Below are positions 1-8,178 of a DNA stretch of 64,000 nt, piece by piece; within the stretch, counting starts at the first letter, position 1, and the number at the start of each line of letters is the position of its first letter. The notes below the pieces were generated by a model. The model did not search any database and had not been told where the DNA came from. It saw nothing but the letters and a program-made list of their open reading frames with translations. The position numbers and the translations under genes were made by a program. The stretch spans positions 194,860 through 258,859 of IMG/VR virus record IMGVR_UViG_3300032562_000003. The stretch is one strand, 5' to 3'.

Positions 1-603
1 GAATGCATAGAATTTTATAAAAATAAGACATTAGGTAGGATCGAAAAATACTTGACCAAGTATAACACACAAGAAAAGGTTAGCAGTATTAACGGTGTTG
101 ACGTAAAGGACTATGCATATTACCTAAACAACATCGACTATTCTTATCTTACTGAGACAGTGCAAGCATCTTATATACACGGTGATTTGCAGTTTGATAA
201 TATCGTAATAGGTAAAGACTTCAAGCTCATCGATTGGCGCCCTGATTTTGCAGGTAATACCAACACCGGCGACATATATTATGACTTAGCAAAACTCGCC
301 GGCGGATTCATCATAAATTATAGTAAGATCAAAGAGAACAACTTCAAGGTTGATATTAAAAACAATCATGTTACTTTAGAGATTCCTTATATAGATAACC
401 ACGAACAGTATTTCACCCTATTAAAAAAGTTTGTGAATGAAAAACAGTTAGAGTGGAAGAAAGTGGAATTATTGATTCCTATTATATTTTGGAATATGTC
501 TCCATTACATACTAGTCCCTTCGACAAATTTCTCTGGTACTTAGGTATAAAATTGTTCCAAGAGTATGAAACTAAATACTCTAGCAATGAAGCAGTTTTA
601 TAG
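1..603 (+). CDS. APH/choline-kinase-like phosphotransferase (5' truncated by window)
   Basis: Frame is open from position 1 (ECIEFYKNKTLGRIEKYLTK...). Brenner motif HGDLQFDNI followed by LIDWR and YDLAKL. Confidence 0.7.
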   Translation, partial: ECIEFYKNKTLGRIEKYLTKYNTQEKVSSINGVDVKDYAYYLNNIDYSYLTETVQASYIHGDLQFDNIVIGKDFKLIDWRPDFAGNTNTGDIYYDLAKLAGGFIINYSKIKENNFKVDIKNNHVTLEIPYIDNHEQYFTLLKKFVNEKQLEWKKVELLIPIIFWNMSPLHTSPFDKFLWYLGIKLFQEYETKYSSNEAVL

Positions 604-1324
604 TCTAAGTCAATATCCTGGCAAAACCGGAACTTATTACTACAATTTGTTTTTTGATAAGTTTGGCATTGACGCAACCTATACGGCTTTAGCTTGTAAT
701 CCAAACGAGTTCGAAGATACTTTCAAGCACTTAACAAGCGATCATACTACATATGGTATTAGCGTGAGTATGCCATATAAGAACACTGTAACTTATCTGT
801 GTGATAATCTAGATAGTCTAGCACATAAGTATGGTATTTGCAATACCATAGCTGTGAATAATGGACATACCGTTGGCTACAATTGTGACATATACGGATT
901 GATGGGTATCATATCTGAGATTTCAATCGATGATAAGATTTTGATACTAGGTGACGGATCGATAGGACAGATGTTCTATCATTATCTCATCGAAAACGAT
1001 TATATGAATGTCAATATGTATAGCAGAAAAAACAACAACTGGCATGACAGACATGAACCGGCTGACATTATAATCAATTGTACTAGTTTAGGGACGAGTG
1101 AAGAGGCATCACCATTGCTATCAGTTCCTGATAAAACAAGATGCGTAATTGATCTAGCACTACGTAAAACTATTTTATATGAACAAAGTTTGCAGAGTCA
1201 AGTAAAGTATATAAGTGGTCTGAGTTTTTATGCCCATCAATTTCTAAAGCAGTTTGAGATATATACTGGTATGCATATCACGATTGATCAATTTAACGAG
1301 GCTACAGGAAATGATTATAGATAA
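587..1324 (+). CDS. Shikimate dehydrogenase (AroE)-like NAD(P)-dependent oxidoreductase
   Basis: Motifs GISVSMPYK, CNTI, GYNCD, ILGDGSIG, IINCTSLG and VIDL match the AroE layout. Likely ATG at 587. Confidence 0.75.
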   Translation: MKQFYSLSQYPGKTGTYYYNLFFDKFGIDATYTALACNPNEFEDTFKHLTSDHTTYGISVSMPYKNTVTYLCDNLDSLAHKYGICNTIAVNNGHTVGYNCDIYGLMGIISEISIDDKILILGDGSIGQMFYHYLIENDYMNVNMYSRKNNNWHDRHEPADIIINCTSLGTSEEASPLLSVPDKTRCVIDLALRKTILYEQSLQSQVKYISGLSFYAHQFLKQFEIYTGMHITIDQFNEATGNDYR

Positions 1325-1802
1325 ACTCATTATCGATGTTGATGGTGTATTAACATCCGGACACATGCTGTACAACAATTTAGGCAAAACTTTTAAAGTT
1401 TTCGGACCGCATGACAGAGATGGTCTCAAGCTGATCAGTAAGTATATAAATGATATCACTTTTATTACTGCGGATAAGACTGGATTTGACATCACTTACG
1501 CAAGAATTGTCACTGATTGGAAGTATCGGGATGATCAGTTAGTCTTAGTTCCGGAAGAATCTAGACTAGAATGGTTTATAGAAAATTGTAATTTCAACAC
1601 AACCGCATATATCGCAGATGGATATCATGATGCTGTTATATTAAAAAAAGTAGCTCTAGGCATCGCACCTAAGAGTGCTAGAATTGAAGCGAGAACTAGT
1701 GCTAAGTATGTGACACCGAGTGATGCTGCTAGCGGCGCAGTTCTTGATGCATGTTTATATATTGAAAAGATGATCAAAGGTTGGTGGTGGCGCCAACTAT
1801 AA
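1311..1802 (+). CDS. KdsC-like HAD phosphatase
   Basis: IIDVDGVLTSG, FKVFGPHDRDG, AYIADGYHD and SGAVLDAC motifs. ATG at 1311. Confidence 0.85.
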   Translation: MIIDKLIIDVDGVLTSGHMLYNNLGKTFKVFGPHDRDGLKLISKYINDITFITADKTGFDITYARIVTDWKYRDDQLVLVPEESRLEWFIENCNFNTTAYIADGYHDAVILKKVALGIAPKSARIEARTSAKYVTPSDAASGAVLDACLYIEKMIKGWWWRQL

Positions 1803-1822
1803 TCTATATGAAAGAATGATCG

Positions 1823-2827
1823 ATGGACTTGAAACGATTTAATTTAGGTATAGGTCCGATGAGCAAAGAAATAGTTGAGCTATGTCTCAGCTATAGTCAT
1901 CAGAACGACTATCCACTAATGATTATTGCTAGTCGCAATCAAGTAGACTATGATAGTGGCTATGCTATGAACACTAAAGAACTATCTGACCTAGTATTCA
2001 ATAGTGAGTATTATGACCGAGATAGAATATTGCTGTGTAGAGACCACTGCGGACCTTACTTTAGTGATGCAGACAAAAATCTAGACCTCGAAACGGTAAT
2101 AGAACGATGCATGAATACGATCAAAGCTGATGTCGATGCAAAATTCTACCTAATTCATATTGACGTGAGCAGAGTCGAGACTGACAAACAACGTGCTGTT
2201 GCAGAAAAGTTGTTTTCTTATGCTATGGCATTGAATCCGAAAATTATGTTTGAATTCGGTACCGAAGACAACACTGGTAATACGACAGAAACCTTGAACA
2301 TGTTGAATATGCAACTAGAGTATGTCAAGCCTTGGCAAAATAATATATGTTATATTGTTTCCCAGACTGGAAGCTTGACTAAACAAACTCAAGTAGGTAC
2401 GTTCAATGTAGAACAAACACAAAAACTGATAAATGTAATACATCAGAATGGTTACATGTTCAAAGAACACAACGCTGACTACCTTACAGTTGACCAAGTA
2501 AAGTTACGTAAAAATACAGGAGTGGATGCATTAAATATTGCTCCGCAACTCGGTACTGTAGCTAGTAGTGTGTTATATACATTGGGTTTGGGTACAAAAG
2601 AATTAACTAAGTTCATTGATGTTGTGATAGAATCAGGATATTATAAAAAATGGTGTACGGTTGATGTAGATAATGACAAAGACCGCTTTATCAGTTCAGC
2701 ACACTATCTATTCGAACATCCATGTTGTAAAGAATTAAAACAAGTAATAGATATGCGAGAATATAAAGCACTATTACAAGACCGATTGTTTTCTATTTTA
2801 GATGAATATAGATTAGGATACCATTAA
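1823..2827 (+). CDS. GatZ/KbaZ-like class II aldolase/epimerase family protein
   Basis: IIASRNQVD, RDHCGP, IHIDVS, EFGTED and KEHNADYL motifs. Confidence 0.7.
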   Translation: MDLKRFNLGIGPMSKEIVELCLSYSHQNDYPLMIIASRNQVDYDSGYAMNTKELSDLVFNSEYYDRDRILLCRDHCGPYFSDADKNLDLETVIERCMNTIKADVDAKFYLIHIDVSRVETDKQRAVAEKLFSYAMALNPKIMFEFGTEDNTGNTTETLNMLNMQLEYVKPWQNNICYIVSQTGSLTKQTQVGTFNVEQTQKLINVIHQNGYMFKEHNADYLTVDQVKLRKNTGVDALNIAPQLGTVASSVLYTLGLGTKELTKFIDVVIESGYYKKWCTVDVDNDKDRFISSAHYLFEHPCCKELKQVIDMREYKALLQDRLFSILDEYRLGYH

Positions 2828-2852
2828 TAGATTTAATGATAAGGGAATAACA

Positions 2853-2954
2853 ATGCATTTTATAAGAACATTAATCAATAAGATTAAACGTGAGATTCTA
2901 TATAGAAAAAGGATTAAAGAACTAAGAAAAAGAGATCCCTTTATATACAAATAA
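2853..2954 (+). CDS. Small basic protein (33 aa) upstream of carbamoyltransferase
   Basis: Translates as MHFIRTLINKIKREILYRKRIKELRKRDPFIYK, fills the intergenic gap and is preceded by AAGGGA. Below the ORF-track length cutoff. Confidence 0.5.
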   Translation: MHFIRTLINKIKREILYRKRIKELRKRDPFIYK

Positions 2955-2958
2955 TAGC

Positions 2959-4440
2959 ATGAATTATGTAGGTGTCAGTTGCGGGTTTCACGACGCTGGA
3001 TTGAGTGTCATTGATGATGCTGGCAATATCCTATACGCCGGCCACAGTGAACGATACAGTAAGAAGAAGCATGACGCTGATCTTTGTTTAGGCTTATTAA
3101 AAGATGCCCACAAATATATAGATGGGCATTATGAGCTTCATTATTATGAGAAGCCTTGGTTAAAGGTAATCCGCCAGCTCAGAGCTGGACAGAAGTTAGG
3201 ACCTTTCTCTGCAAAGGATGTCATCGGTAAAAACATGATGGTTCGTTTTAGCCATGACGGAGAAGTGAAAACACACAATCATCACTTATCTCATGCTGCT
3301 GCTGGTTTTCAAACTAGTCCATTTGACCATGCTACTGTAGTCATTATTGATGCTATCGGCGAGTTAGATACGATTACTATCTGGGATGCGTATTATGATG
3401 ATAACGGTAGAGCCGTATATAAGAGGCTTTGGGGAAAGCAATATCCAGATTCTATCGGTTTATTCTATTCTGCTATGACTGCGAAAGTAGGACTGAAGCC
3501 ATTAGATGAAGAATATATTCTTATGGGAATGGCTGCTTACGGTAAACCTATTCATGTTAATACGATTCAAAAAGCGTTGATTCATAATAGTGGTACATTA
3601 TCTTTCAAAGAAAATCTACATACCGGGGTGAGAGATGATTTCCTCAAAGATGCTGATAATATGGATATAGCTTCATCTACTCAAGAACTTACTGAAAGTT
3701 TGATACACCATGTCATAGCAAAAGCTATTAATATCGGTAAAAGTCATAATCTTGTTTTTGGTGGAGGAGTCGCACTCAACTGTGCAGCAAATCGTAATCT
3801 AGGCGGATACTTCGATAACATCTGGATCATGCCTAATCCGGGTGATGCAGGAAACTCATTGGGTGCTGCTGCATTAGGTTATGGAAAACGAGTAAATTGG
3901 GTCGATGCCTTTTTAGGATATAATATAAAAGGCAAATATCCTATTAACAATGTAATTAACCAATTGTATACTAAGAAGATGGTTGGTGTTGCTAGCGGAC
4001 GAGCCGAATTCGGTCCTAGAGCATTAGGCAATCGTTCACTATTAGCAGATCCACGCGGCCCTGATATAAAGGATACAGTAAATGAAATCAAGCGAAGACA
4101 GCAGTTCAGACCCTTTGCGCCGGTCATTCTGGAGGAACTATGTGGCGATTATTTTAATATGCCTTGCGGTTGGAACAACAGTAGGTATATGCAAGTCATC
4201 GCTCCTTGTAGGGCTCCTGACTTATTTCCTGCTATCGTTCACGCTGACGGGACTTCTCGTGTACAGACAGTACCGAAAGACGGTTCGGGAATCAGAAGAC
4301 TCTTAGAACGTTGGTATAATGAGACACGCTGTCCAATGCTACTTAATACATCCCTAAATATTAGAGGTGAGCCTATGGTAAATGACCGGGCAGATGCTGA
4401 TCGGTTCCAGCTACTATATGGGGTAAAAGTCTGCTCTTAA
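2959..4440 (+). CDS. Carbamoyltransferase (NodU/CmcH/TobZ family)
   Basis: GFHDA, HHLSHAA, IDAIGE, GGVALNC, EFGPRALGNRS, FRPFAP and LLNTSLN motifs. Confidence 0.92.
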   Translation: MNYVGVSCGFHDAGLSVIDDAGNILYAGHSERYSKKKHDADLCLGLLKDAHKYIDGHYELHYYEKPWLKVIRQLRAGQKLGPFSAKDVIGKNMMVRFSHDGEVKTHNHHLSHAAAGFQTSPFDHATVVIIDAIGELDTITIWDAYYDDNGRAVYKRLWGKQYPDSIGLFYSAMTAKVGLKPLDEEYILMGMAAYGKPIHVNTIQKALIHNSGTLSFKENLHTGVRDDFLKDADNMDIASSTQELTESLIHHVIAKAINIGKSHNLVFGGGVALNCAANRNLGGYFDNIWIMPNPGDAGNSLGAAALGYGKRVNWVDAFLGYNIKGKYPINNVINQLYTKKMVGVASGRAEFGPRALGNRSLLADPRGPDIKDTVNEIKRRQQFRPFAPVILEELCGDYFNMPCGWNNSRYMQVIAPCRAPDLFPAIVHADGTSRVQTVPKDGSGIRRLLERWYNETRCPMLLNTSLNIRGEPMVNDRADADRFQLLYGVKVCS

Positions 4441-4444
4441 AGCA

Positions 4445-4511
4445 TAAATAGATGTGAGTCGCGGGACTGCAATCCCCACTCACTCTAATGCTAGAAGGAG
4501 CTATCAGCATG
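4445..4511 (+). promoter_or_regulatory. Late promoter plus conserved structured leader of HNH gene (copy 1)
   Basis: TAAATA then GTGAGTCGC...CCCACTCACTCTAA...ATCAGCATG. GTGAGT pairs with ACTCAC. A near-identical layout occurs at 15265-15334 (-). Confidence 0.65.
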
Positions 4512-5171
4512 TCTATTTATCGTAAAATTTACGAACAGAATTTTGGTCCCATACCCAAAGACGGTGACGGAAGAAGTTGCGATGTTCATCATATAGATGG
4601 TAACCGCAATAATAATGTACCGGAAAATTTAATCGCATTGTCTATACAAGATCATTACGATATTCATTATCAGCAAGGAGATTATGGTGCATGTTGGCTC
4701 ATTTCAAGAAAGCTACGGTTGACGCCAGAGGAACTATCAGACCTCGCCAAATTAACCGGCGCCAACCGCATCGCAAACGGCACACATCACTTTTTAAAAA
4801 GGCCAGATGGGTCATCGTTAGGAAAAGACAGTGTACTCAGACAAACTGAAAACGGGACGAATGCTTTCTCTGGAGGAGAAGTTCAAAGAAAATCTAACGC
4901 TAAGCGAGTGAGGGAAGGAACTCACCATTTTCTTAGTGGTGATATACAAAGAAGAACTCAACAAAGGTTGGTGGAGAACGGGACTCATCATTTAATGGGG
5001 AACGGAGAATTTCAACGAAATGTTCAGAAAACATTGTTAGAGAATGGAACTCACCACTTTCTTACGAATCATCCAAATAAAATTCAGGTAACTTGTCCGC
5101 ATTGCAACAAAACTGGCGGAAAAACTAACATGCATCGATACCATTTCGATAAGTGTAGGGTCTTAAAATAA
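4509..5171 (+). CDS. HNH homing endonuclease with GTHHF repeats and C-terminal zinc-binding motif
   Basis: DVHHIDGNRNNNVPENL, five GT[HN]x[FL] repeats, and CPHC...HFDKC. ATG at 4509 follows AAGGAG. Confidence 0.88.
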   Translation: MSIYRKIYEQNFGPIPKDGDGRSCDVHHIDGNRNNNVPENLIALSIQDHYDIHYQQGDYGACWLISRKLRLTPEELSDLAKLTGANRIANGTHHFLKRPDGSSLGKDSVLRQTENGTNAFSGGEVQRKSNAKRVREGTHHFLSGDIQRRTQQRLVENGTHHLMGNGEFQRNVQKTLLENGTHHFLTNHPNKIQVTCPHCNKTGGKTNMHRYHFDKCRVLK

Positions 5172-5203
5172 TATGACATACTGTAATTAGTGTAAATATT
5201 GTT

Positions 5204-7744
5204 ATGGCAATTAGAGAAGTATTCTACTCCGGTTCCAAACCCAATGTCCATCCAAGAGAAAAATTTGCTGAATCACTAGAAGATGCTAGGAATCAGTGTA
5301 CGACTGAGCATTTTTGGATTATCAACGAGTTTTGTGACTACCGTAAATTTGATTGGGACTTTGATTTCGAGCTATTACCTGACGAAGATATTTGGGCAGA
5401 GGCACACGACAATGTATGGCCTAGCCAACATCAAAAAGATAGTGGTACATGGCTGTGTCCTAAGGTAGCCGGTGATTATACTATCTATCGAACCGATGTT
5501 CCCCCAATTCAACGCAAGAATGAAATCAATGATTTTTGGATTATAGATCCGGCCCTGGATAAATCTAGGTTTGACTTTTCTTGGCACCCAGATCCTACGT
5601 CTCCTCCATACATATATCAATTCGGTACTCTGCTCGATGAAAACGACGGACCCAGATACGTCACTCCCTATAATGACGGAACCATAGTACATCTAGAACG
5701 CAAGGAGGTCATACTAGAAGACCTAGAGTTTTCGAAGTACTACATCACTACTACATTGGAAGATTTAATCAACGACCACACTAATGAAATCTTTTGGGCA
5801 TTGAATCCTGAAATTGATTATTCTGGGTTTGACTTTAAATGGGTCCCTGACAGTAAGAACGTATATCACATAAATGCATTTGGTACGAAAGACAATATAA
5901 ACTCCCAGACTTACTTTGTTAATGGTAAGATGTGGGCACGTGGTTATCGGGACATTAACTACATTGAGGATAAGGTACTAGATGTACGAACCAAGATCGA
6001 TATTTTCTTTGTCGATAAAGGAAATCCTCAGGCACAAGAACGCTTTCAGCAATTATCTGAGCGTATGGGCAACGTAACTAAAACTAGATATCTGAACAGC
6101 TGGGTTGACACGATCAATCGTTGTGTGACTAAATCAACTACCAATCTATGTTGGATTCTCAATAGTGAATTAGACTATTCGTCATTTGAGTTTGATTTCT
6201 ATCCTAGCCCATGGCAGATGAACTTAGTTCATGTGTTTGGAACTCAGTGGTCACACTGGGGAACAACCTTTATGGTTAACAAAAATACATTTGCTGATGA
6301 TACCAAATATATAAAAGTCATTGAGCATTTGCCTAATATAAATTTTGTAAAACGATCACCTGCTAAGGCAGTTGATTGTCTTTATGCTATAGTAATCATC
6401 GACCATGGTAACGGTGTTGATACAGTAAAAGATGATCTACTCAGTAAAAATCTGAGCGAAAGAAACATCATTGCTGTGAAATATGATACCAATTATCTAA
6501 AAACATTCAAGGAGGTACTCAGTAAATTAGATGTCAATCGTGAACATTATGTATGGATTTGTAGTAGCGTGTGTGATTATAGCAGATTTGATTTTAGCTA
6601 TATCTGCGATCCGTACACCAAAGAACAACTCCACGTCTTCCCGAGCGGTAATCAAAAATTAGGAGACACGTTTCTAGTAAACGTCAACAAGCTGCGCAAA
6701 TTGATAGCAGATATGCATCGTCTAGAAGACTATGAAAAGATTAATTATAATCAACATCAAGTTGTCTCAAGATTGATGACACCCACAACTATCGAAGGTG
6801 CATATTTTCCAAATGAAACACATATGGATTATGCTAGAAATTATGAATGGGATTTTCCTTATGTAACTCTAGTAACTGAAGAAAACTGGGATATGGATCC
6901 TGAAATTGATCCCGAACCTATGTGTCTTTGGTCACCCGAACAGAAAGCAATCATTATTTCTAGTACAGGTGCAACTAGAGTTACGATTCCTCGCGAGGCT
7001 AAAAACTATGTCAAAAGTGAACTGTATGATTACCCGTATATAAAGCGAGCAAAAAAACTAACCAAATCTAAACCGATGGACATAGTGTATCTCAGTAACG
7101 GTGAAGCCGGGGCCGAAAAAAACTGGGAGCATCTACTTCAAATTACTAAAAACATACCAAATAGGGTAGTCAGAGTGGATGGAGTTAATGGTCGAGTTGC
7201 TGCATATCATGCTGCTGCCGAAGCCAGCGAGACACCATGGTTATTTACGGTATTCGCTAAGTTACACATCAATTCTAATTTTGATTGGTCATGGCAACCA
7301 GATCGAATGCAAGCACCTAAGCATTATATCTTTCATGCGAAGAATCCGGTCAATGGATTGATCTACGGTCACCAAGCGATGATCGCGTATAATAAGCAAT
7401 TAGTGCTAGAGAATGACGGTTATGGACTAGACTTTACGTTGGATGACCTGCACGAAGTTGTTCCACTCATGTCCGGTACTGCAAACTATAACACTGATCC
7501 GTTCTCTACTTGGCGTACCGCATTCCGTGAAGTGGTCAAATTGAAGGCCGAAGATACCGACATTGCCCGAGAGCGATTAGAAGCTTGGCTTACTAAAGCT
7601 GAAGGTGATTTTGCAGAATATAGCATCAAGGGTGCAAAAGACGCAGAAGCCTATTACGATGAAGTTGATGGCGATTTTGATGCACTGCGATTGAGCTACG
7701 AGTGGGAATGGTTAAAATCACGCTTCGTGCAAAAATACGGTTGA
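5204..7744 (+). CDS. Large multi-module glycosyltransferase-like protein
   Basis: Recurring F[DE]FxWxPD/FDFSY modules. C-terminal GT-A-like region (DIVYLSNGE...RVDGVNGRVAAYHAAAEASETPW). Lies in a sugar-enzyme neighbourhood. Confidence 0.55.
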   Translation: MAIREVFYSGSKPNVHPREKFAESLEDARNQCTTEHFWIINEFCDYRKFDWDFDFELLPDEDIWAEAHDNVWPSQHQKDSGTWLCPKVAGDYTIYRTDVPPIQRKNEINDFWIIDPALDKSRFDFSWHPDPTSPPYIYQFGTLLDENDGPRYVTPYNDGTIVHLERKEVILEDLEFSKYYITTTLEDLINDHTNEIFWALNPEIDYSGFDFKWVPDSKNVYHINAFGTKDNINSQTYFVNGKMWARGYRDINYIEDKVLDVRTKIDIFFVDKGNPQAQERFQQLSERMGNVTKTRYLNSWVDTINRCVTKSTTNLCWILNSELDYSSFEFDFYPSPWQMNLVHVFGTQWSHWGTTFMVNKNTFADDTKYIKVIEHLPNINFVKRSPAKAVDCLYAIVIIDHGNGVDTVKDDLLSKNLSERNIIAVKYDTNYLKTFKEVLSKLDVNREHYVWICSSVCDYSRFDFSYICDPYTKEQLHVFPSGNQKLGDTFLVNVNKLRKLIADMHRLEDYEKINYNQHQVVSRLMTPTTIEGAYFPNETHMDYARNYEWDFPYVTLVTEENWDMDPEIDPEPMCLWSPEQKAIIISSTGATRVTIPREAKNYVKSELYDYPYIKRAKKLTKSKPMDIVYLSNGEAGAEKNWEHLLQITKNIPNRVVRVDGVNGRVAAYHAAAEASETPWLFTVFAKLHINSNFDWSWQPDRMQAPKHYIFHAKNPVNGLIYGHQAMIAYNKQLVLENDGYGLDFTLDDLHEVVPLMSGTANYNTDPFSTWRTAFREVVKLKAEDTDIARERLEAWLTKAEGDFAEYSIKGAKDAEAYYDEVDGDFDALRLSYEWEWLKSRFVQKYG

Positions 7745-7770
7745 CATGCAATGTCATATATGATTAAATA
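7741..7770 (+). promoter_or_regulatory. Promoter for tmRNA (sigma70-like overlapping late TAAATA)
   Basis: TTGACA (7741), 17-nt spacer, TTAAAT. TAAATA at 7765. Confidence 0.5.
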
Positions 7771-7775
7771 GTATT

Positions 7776-8105
7776 TGTTCGTTGATACGGACTTAAAACC
7801 GGGGAAGACAGGGGTGCGATTCCCCTCGCCTCCACCAGTAAACACACGATAACAGGACGCTGGCTCTGTGAAGCGGGATATCGGGGTAGCTGCCGAGAAG
7901 ACGGGGAGAGCATCGTGTGTTTTCTTATGGGGGCGTATAGTATCGATTCACGGCTAGTAGGAAAGTGGAGAACACGGTAAGAAACGACCGTCAATCAGTT
8001 CAAATTACTAAATGCAAACGAAAATGATGCATATGAAGGCCTTGCGTTAGCCGCATAAGTCTTTTGGGCTTTGCTAGTTGAGCCTCGAAACAGAATCAAC
8101 TAGCA
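7776..8105 (+). ncRNA. ssrA: Circularly permuted two-piece tmRNA, tag ANENDAYEGLALAA
   Basis: Acceptor piece comes first with T-arm GGGGTGCGATTCCCC and CGCCTCCACCA ending at 7837. Coding piece starts GGGGGCG at 7929 and pairs with CGCCTCC including the G3:U alanine determinant. Tag ORF 8014-8058 ends ALAA-stop. Terminal GCTAGTTGA/TCAACTAGC stem. Outer ends are approximate. Confidence 0.9.
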
Positions 8106-8178
8106 CCTATAAAACCTTTAAATATGATATATCGTCCTATAGGTCATAAATAATTTTGACATGTTAGGAGAACAAATC

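Noticed and set aside
4435-5167. TCTTAAA direct repeat flanking HNH1 as a target-site duplication
   Set aside because: Seven AT-rich bases, and the second copy lies inside the HNH coding end. No equivalent flanks HNH2, and homing endonucleases do not normally create duplications.
7811-7837. tRNA gene (T-arm plus CCA)
   Set aside because: No D or anticodon arm upstream. Its acceptor partner lies downstream at 7929 and is followed by a tag ORF, so it is part of the permuted tmRNA.
7863-7911. Hammerhead, twister or HDV ribozyme in the tmRNA intervening segment
   Set aside because: No CUGAUGA/GAAA core or other recognisable catalytic consensus. Kept only as an unexplained structure.
7764-7994. 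76-aa minus-strand ORF
   Set aside because: Antisense to the tmRNA, with no protein-like features.
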